Made by a program: the position numbers and the translations under genes
Assembly: GCA_964362535.1 (NCBI GenBank)
Contig: CAYIEN010000002.1
Span: forward strand, 8,133 to 72,132
DNA length: 64,000 nt
Source of the DNA: an uncultured Methanosarcinales archaeon
GTDB taxonomy: Archaea; Nanobdellota; Nanobdellia; Woesearchaeales; ARS49
Reading direction: 5' to 3'
Notes under the pieces: generated by a model
What the model was told of the DNA's origin: nothing
The model's input: the letters and a program-made list of their open reading frames with translations, nothing else
The model's database searches: none
Part shown: in pieces, positions 59,489 through 64,000 of the stretch
How positions within the stretch are numbered: the stretch's first letter is position 1
Layout: each line of letters starts with the position of its first letter

Positions 59489-60205
59489 ATGAACAAAACA
59501 AGTATATTTGGATTATTGGTGGCACTTTTAGTGCTTGCCTCGTGTCAGATTCCGAGTACGGATCAGAATGTCATTTCCGTGTCGGGCTCGGCTGAATTGA
59601 AGGTCGATCCAGACAAGGCAGACTTTTGGTCTACCATTGAAGGAACGGGTGTTGACGCAGCCGCGGCTCAAGCGCAGCTTCAATCAAAATCAAATAAAGT
59701 GATTGATGCGCTCGTAGCTGCTGGTGTCGATAAGGCAGATATGCAGACGACTGGCTTCAATGTGTACCCTGACTATTCCTGGAACCCGCAAACGGGCGAA
59801 CAGACGTTGAAGGGTTACAAGGCTTCGCACAGCATTCAAGTAACTATTCATGACTTGGACAAGGTTGGCGAAATTGTCGACGCAGCTGGCGGTAATGGTG
59901 CTTTGGTTCAAAACGTGCAGTACGGTTTGACTGATGCTCGCAAGAAGTCGTTTGATGACGATGCGTTGAAGCAAGCGGCAGAAAACGCTCGCGGCAAGGC
60001 AACTTCGTTGGCTTCCGCTACGGGAGCTTCGTTGGGCAAGGTTGTTGCAATTCAGGAAAGCAACGTCTACTACCCTCCGTTCCCCTACTACGCTCGTGAC
60101 GCAATCATGTCCTCTGAATCAGGCGGCATGACCAAGTCAACCGACATCCTGCCCGGACCCGTATCAGTCTCGGCACAAGTCACGGTAACGTACAAGTTGA
60201 ACTAA
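59489..60205 (+). CDS. SIMPL (DUF541) domain lipoprotein
   Basis: AAGGTGA SD. Lipobox LVLASC. VSGSAELKVDPDKA, GYKASHSIQV and ENARGKATSLASATGASLGKVVAIQE match the SIMPL pattern. Confidence 0.75.
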   Translation: MNKTSIFGLLVALLVLASCQIPSTDQNVISVSGSAELKVDPDKADFWSTIEGTGVDAAAAQAQLQSKSNKVIDALVAAGVDKADMQTTGFNVYPDYSWNPQTGEQTLKGYKASHSIQVTIHDLDKVGEIVDAAGGNGALVQNVQYGLTDARKKSFDDDALKQAAENARGKATSLASATGASLGKVVAIQESNVYYPPFPYYARDAIMSSESGGMTKSTDILPGPVSVSAQVTVTYKLN

Positions 60206-60230
60206 AGAATTGTTGTTTTTTCTTTTTTAG

Positions 60231-60848
60231 TTATTTTTTTCTTGCGAGAAGTGTTTCGAGTTCTGTTTGCGAATAAAGATGCAGAAATCGAGGAGTTCCT
60301 TCGAAATGCGGTGGTTTGTGAGCACGCAACTGTTCTCCACGTTCATTTTCGTGAACGTTGTATTTGATTTTTAATAAGCCGCAACGGTATTCCCACTCAC
60401 TGAGATACCCGTCTTTTGGCAATGCTGAGATTGCTTTTTCTATGTCTTGTGTGAGTGATGCTGCAATCACCAATATGTCAAGGGAGGGATCATGGATTGC
60501 TGCAGTTTTAAGGGGCATCCAGTTTTGGCGTTTCTTATTTCTCTCATGCACAACCCAGCCGTAATCAAGAAGCCTTCCGAGGTGGACATGCCAGTGTTCT
60601 TGGGCTGATTGTTGTTTTATTTTTTCTGCTTCTTCCGAGGTATAAAAACCAAAACCGCGTGCCTCAGGATAAGGTCCATTGCCAACCCATGGGAAAAGGA
60701 GGTGAGTCTTACGCTTGAGAAATTCTTCTTCAAGGGCGTTAATTATTCTGATTGTTAATTCTTCTTTGCAATGAAGACCTTTCAAACAGAGGGGTTCATC
60801 ACGGCTTTCAAACGTTTTTACATAATTCCAAGAGGGAGTGTCAGTCAT
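60231..60848 (-). CDS. hypothetical protein with unknown domain X (N-terminal)
   Basis: CLKGLHCKEEL...LLFPWVGNGPYPEARGFGFYTSEEAEKIKQQSAQEHWHVHLGRLLDYGWVV is paralogous to the C-terminus of the 62295 gene. ATGA overlap with the upstream gene. Confidence 0.55.
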   Translation of the reverse strand: MTDTPSWNYVKTFESRDEPLCLKGLHCKEELTIRIINALEEEFLKRKTHLLFPWVGNGPYPEARGFGFYTSEEAEKIKQQSAQEHWHVHLGRLLDYGWVVHERNKKRQNWMPLKTAAIHDPSLDILVIAASLTQDIEKAISALPKDGYLSEWEYRCGLLKIKYNVHENERGEQLRAHKPPHFEGTPRFLHLYSQTELETLLARKK

Positions 60849-61144
60849 TGTGGGTTGTTCTGTAATGGGTTGGAATAAATTTTTGCAAGAACAGGATTGT
60901 ACGACGCAGGTCGCGCTTGGTGTTCTTGAAATGACCGTTTTGCATGCTCAAGATTTTCTATGCTGTATACAGAACGTCGGCCTGAAAACTCTCGGTACAT
61001 CCAAAGCACCAACGCATTCTCAGAAGAGAGCAAACGAATGGTTTCATTGATTAATTGTAGTTCGATTGCGATTGTTGGTTCTTTGCCAATAGATTCAATT
61101 ATTGTTTCTTTTGTCGGTTCCATCAAGATATTGTCGATTTTCAT
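60845..61144 (-). CDS. hypothetical protein (99 aa)
   Basis: ORF translationally coupled to the downstream gene. No recognised family. Confidence 0.45.
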   Translation of the reverse strand: MKIDNILMEPTKETIIESIGKEPTIAIELQLINETIRLLSSENALVLWMYREFSGRRSVYSIENLEHAKRSFQEHQARPASYNPVLAKIYSNPLQNNPQ

Positions 61145-61200
61145 TACGTGGCGAGTGAATGATGAGAACGCAACTTTAAAAGAGTGTGTTGCGTTGGGGG

Positions 61201-61743
61201 CTACAGCTTTCTCGCTACAAGCATTGCCGTTTCGTGCTGGAATGGTTTGCCATCAGGTTTCTTTGCATGGCAGTCGGCCATTTTCAACGTGTAGGTTAAT
61301 ATTTCCCAGTCTTTGTAATATTGCTTGAGTTCGTCCGGGTCGAAGAAGTGTTTGAAGACAGGATTCACTAATTCTCCTTTCTTCGTGAAAACGGTGATGA
61401 TGTTGAGTCCTCCAGCAAGGGTGTGCTTTTTCATTTTCTCAACGAGTGCTGTGAGGTCAGATAAAGTTAGAAAGTGAAGGGTGTCCGTGCAGATGATTCC
61501 TGCATATTTCTTTTTGAATGCGAAATCAACAATGTTTTGGTGGTGAGTAGTAATCGTTTTGTTCTTTGCTTTGAGGAGTTTGAGCGCTTCTTCATCCTTG
61601 TCAACGGCATCCACTAAATGCGTTTTTGCCAAGAACAACGAGTTTCGCCCAGTATTGCATCCCAAGTCGAGAATCTTGCCTTCCGGAATTTTTTCCGCGA
61701 ACAGGGCAACAATACGCTTGGGTTCATCTTGCGGAAGAAGCAT
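61201..61743 (-). CDS. class I SAM-dependent methyltransferase (TehB-like)
   Basis: KILDLGCNTGRNSLFLA (motif I), VDAVDKDE (motif II), and the post-I/III pattern AGIICTDTLHFL ... GGLNIITVF. Confidence 0.75.
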   Translation of the reverse strand: MLLPQDEPKRIVALFAEKIPEGKILDLGCNTGRNSLFLAKTHLVDAVDKDEEALKLLKAKNKTITTHHQNIVDFAFKKKYAGIICTDTLHFLTLSDLTALVEKMKKHTLAGGLNIITVFTKKGELVNPVFKHFFDPDELKQYYKDWEILTYTLKMADCHAKKPDGKPFQHETAMLVARKL

Positions 61744-62208
61744 TTAATCCCTCTTTGGAGTAATAAGTAGTGTCGGAGCTCCGACTTCTTGCCATGCCTC
61801 AATTATCTTTTTGGCTTTCATTCGTCGTTGGCCGCGGTTTGGATCGATGTAGTAAATTGTTTCTTCACGAATTCCGTTAATGATGATGGCATGGATGGCG
61901 TCATGGTTTTTGTTCATGAGTTTTTGCCAATTCACATTAATAATAGGAGTTATTCCTTGACGTAACCATCTTTTAAGGTCTGTGAGTGTGGAGATTTGTT
62001 GTGTGACGGGAAGCGCTCGTTTTTTCTTGCTAATTCCTAAGAGTTTGACTTTTACGCCTTTTGTTTGCGCAAATGCTGCTTTACCATCTAGTTTTCCGTG
62101 ACTTGCGATTTCTTCTTCAGAACTATCAATGCCCATTTTTGCGAGAACCATTTTAATTGCTGCAGCACCACAATTAATGCGCTGTTTGTAAAAGGGCAGA
62201 GCAATCAT
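61744..62208 (-). CDS. papain-like C39-type cysteine peptidase domain protein
   Basis: YKQRINCGAAAIKMVLAKMG (Q...CG catalytic Cys context) and HAIIINGIREETIYYIDP (His/Asp context). Its stop abuts the methyltransferase start codon. Confidence 0.55.
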   Translation of the reverse strand: MIALPFYKQRINCGAAAIKMVLAKMGIDSSEEEIASHGKLDGKAAFAQTKGVKVKLLGISKKKRALPVTQQISTLTDLKRWLRQGITPIINVNWQKLMNKNHDAIHAIIINGIREETIYYIDPNRGQRRMKAKKIIEAWQEVGAPTLLITPKRD

Positions 62209-62294
62209 AAGTTAAGAAAGGCAAACCAATATATTAGTTTATGTTGCGATGGGGGCTACACAGGTTTTTATGTTAGCTTTCTTTTAAAGTTAAA

Positions 62295-62876
62295 GTGCTG
62301 CCAACAAAAAATCCTGAACGTGCCGAGTATCATGAATTGATTATTATGCGAAGAAAGATTGCGTTATTAGAGCAGGAAACAAAGAAGGAGGTTGGTGTCG
62401 TAGAAAGACAGAACAATCAGCGTGGCGCTTCGTATCGTATCGTTCAGCTTAAGGAAGTGGTCGTTGGCAGGACGGAGGGTTACGAAACAGACTTGCGCAT
62501 ATGGACAAAAGAAGATATTTTGGAATTAGCGAAATCTCAGTGCCGTTGGGCTGAGCATGACATGATTTTTGCTGCGAGAATGGAGCCTGCCTTGATGAAA
62601 CAGAAAAATAAGTATATTTGTCTGCGCATGTGTATCGATAAGAAGATTTTGTTGAGTCTCGAAGCAGAACTTAACTCGAGGGGTCCTGATGCGGTCGTGA
62701 TGCCTTGGTTAGATAGGCCTTTCGGTATAGCTTGCGGATATGGTTTGTATTCAAGAAAAGAAGCGGACGCGTTGCAGACAAAAAGATTAGCTGAAGGTTG
62801 GCCTGATCCTATTCCTGGTTACGCGTATGACTTGGAATGGGTGGTGAGAAGGTTGAAGGCTGAGGTGGTGCGATGA
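62295..62876 (+). CDS. hypothetical protein with unknown domain X (C-terminal)
   Basis: CLRMCIDKKIL...VVMPWLDRPFGIACGYGLYSRKEADALQTKRLAEGWPDPIPGYAYDLEWVV is paralogous to 60231..60848. GTG start about 28 nt after the GTTTTTAT box. Confidence 0.5.
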   Translation: MLPTKNPERAEYHELIIMRRKIALLEQETKKEVGVVERQNNQRGASYRIVQLKEVVVGRTEGYETDLRIWTKEDILELAKSQCRWAEHDMIFAARMEPALMKQKNKYICLRMCIDKKILLSLEAELNSRGPDAVVMPWLDRPFGIACGYGLYSRKEADALQTKRLAEGWPDPIPGYAYDLEWVVRRLKAEVVR

Positions 62877-62957
62877 GTGGGAGACTCCATAAAAGTAACT
62901 ACTACTAAGTAGTATAAACTAGAAAGATTTAAATACTTGTGAGGTTAAACCTCAACT

Positions 62958-63710
62958 ATGTTCCAAAGTCGCGAATTCAATCCTGCCGAGATGCGAACGG
63001 TTATTGATCATATGTTACGTTTGTACAAACGAGGTCATTTCACAGGCGCAAATCTCATCCAGAATGATGCTGCTTTGCCTTTAACGGGCATTCTAGTCCA
63101 CTTTTTGCATTCCCAAATACCTCATCTAGAAAATATTCAGAAAGCGGCCGACATGGAAGGAAAGATATTATCGCGTCAAACTTTTTATCGAACTGATCCA
63201 AAGTATCATACTAAAGATGAATTCTGGAATGATTATGCTAATGCCACTTTTTTTGATGATGATTTGACAATTATCCCATTGGAAGACGCCTGGAAAATGA
63301 AAAAAGTGCTGAATGTCAAGAATCCTGAGTTCGATCTCCTCTTAGATCTCACACAAGGAAATCTTGAAGCGGTCATTAACAGAATGCAGGTTCGTAATGA
63401 CTCTCTGAAAACAAAATGGGAGGATCCTGTTGTCATTGTTAAATCGCCTGTGAAATTAGCATCCATGCCTGGGTTCATAAATGAGCTTCACTTTGTTTCA
63501 TTAACGCGAGGATCAGAAGAGTTCTATGTAATTGTTAATGATGAGTCACGTCTGAAAAGTCTGCAGAGTTATTTGAAAAAACTTTGTGCTACTCCTAACT
63601 GTCCTAGCACCTTGTCTGAAAATGCTTTTGCATTTCATCCCAGTCAAGTAAATAAAGAATTTGCTACTTATATGCTGAACCGTTCGATGCCGTTTCAGCC
63701 TGAAGAGTAA
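62958..63710 (+). CDS. hypothetical protein (250 aa)
   Basis: Clean ORF preceded by the palindromes ACTACTAAGTAGT and GAGGTTAAACCTC. No recognised family. Confidence 0.5.
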   Translation: MFQSREFNPAEMRTVIDHMLRLYKRGHFTGANLIQNDAALPLTGILVHFLHSQIPHLENIQKAADMEGKILSRQTFYRTDPKYHTKDEFWNDYANATFFDDDLTIIPLEDAWKMKKVLNVKNPEFDLLLDLTQGNLEAVINRMQVRNDSLKTKWEDPVVIVKSPVKLASMPGFINELHFVSLTRGSEEFYVIVNDESRLKSLQSYLKKLCATPNCPSTLSENAFAFHPSQVNKEFATYMLNRSMPFQPEE

Positions 63711-63978
63711 TTTCTAGTCCTTTTCGGTCATATACTCCCAGAAGACGCGGGTGGTTGCTACGGTTGTTCATATTGATCTGTTCTTGCAGTTGTTCTGCGA
63801 TGTCTTTCTGGTGAATGTGGTATTCGAAGGTCGCATTAAGGAGATGTGCCCAAATGCTCACATAGGCATCGGCCGCAATGCCATTCAATAATTGTTTTGT
63901 TGCATCTGCTCGGTCAACCGGTGTGTGCTGGAAAATAGGCTCAGGGTCTTTCCGTGCTTCTTTGAATATGTTGCTCAT
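63664..63978 (-). CDS. hypothetical protein (104 aa)
   Basis: ORF only. Its 3' end overlaps the convergent gene by 47 nt. Confidence 0.3.
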   Translation of the reverse strand: MSNIFKEARKDPEPIFQHTPVDRADATKQLLNGIAADAYVSIWAHLLNATFEYHIHQKDIAEQLQEQINMNNRSNHPRLLGVYDRKGLEITLQAETASNGSAYK

Positions 63979-64000
63979 AGCATTTGATAAGGAAGTGGAC

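Overview
This is a gene-dense chromosomal segment of an archaeon. I infer a small-genome, uncultivated (DPANN-like) lineage, but that placement is not shown directly. The archaeal assignment rests on the r-proteins L37e, L44e and S27e, aIF2-alpha, Nop10, an Sm-like protein, prefoldin alpha, FtsY, a GINS subunit, a PAC2 proteasome chaperone and one tRNA-Leu(UAG). TTTATAAA-type TATA boxes are centred about 26 nt upstream of many start codons, which implies leaderless mRNAs, and terminators are oligo-T runs. I saw no rRNA, CRISPR array, transposase or integrase. Other content includes an S-layer protein gene and a cell-surface island (lipoprotein, GH114-like glycosidase, two 800-1100 aa PKD/HYR/Ig-like repeat proteins). 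There are also lower-glycolysis genes (enolase, glycerate 2-kinase, dPGM-like phosphatase, Prs), a P-type ATPase, DNA repair genes (Nth, ASCH, an Ogg2-like protein) and redox or metal genes (SOD-like, VIT1, pirin, ferredoxin), plus many small hypothetical proteins. The most notable observations are: (1) a bacterial-style nrdR-nrdJ operon extended by two unknown genes and a PduO-type adenosyltransferase; (2) a second, ATP-cone-bearing NrdJ paralog whose radical-site N-P-C-G-E motif reads S-T-S-G-E; (3) truncated Dph2 and Hel308-like genes, suggesting split or reduced genes; (4) an uncharacterised cluster at 60-64 kb in which two paralogous unknown-domain proteins flank a C39-like peptidase and a methyltransferase; (5) several candidate ncRNA, micro-ORF and cis elements in the few longer intergenic regions. 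Many long antisense ORFs in the supplied track are rejected as shadow ORFs. All family assignments come from motif recognition by eye, with no database searches.
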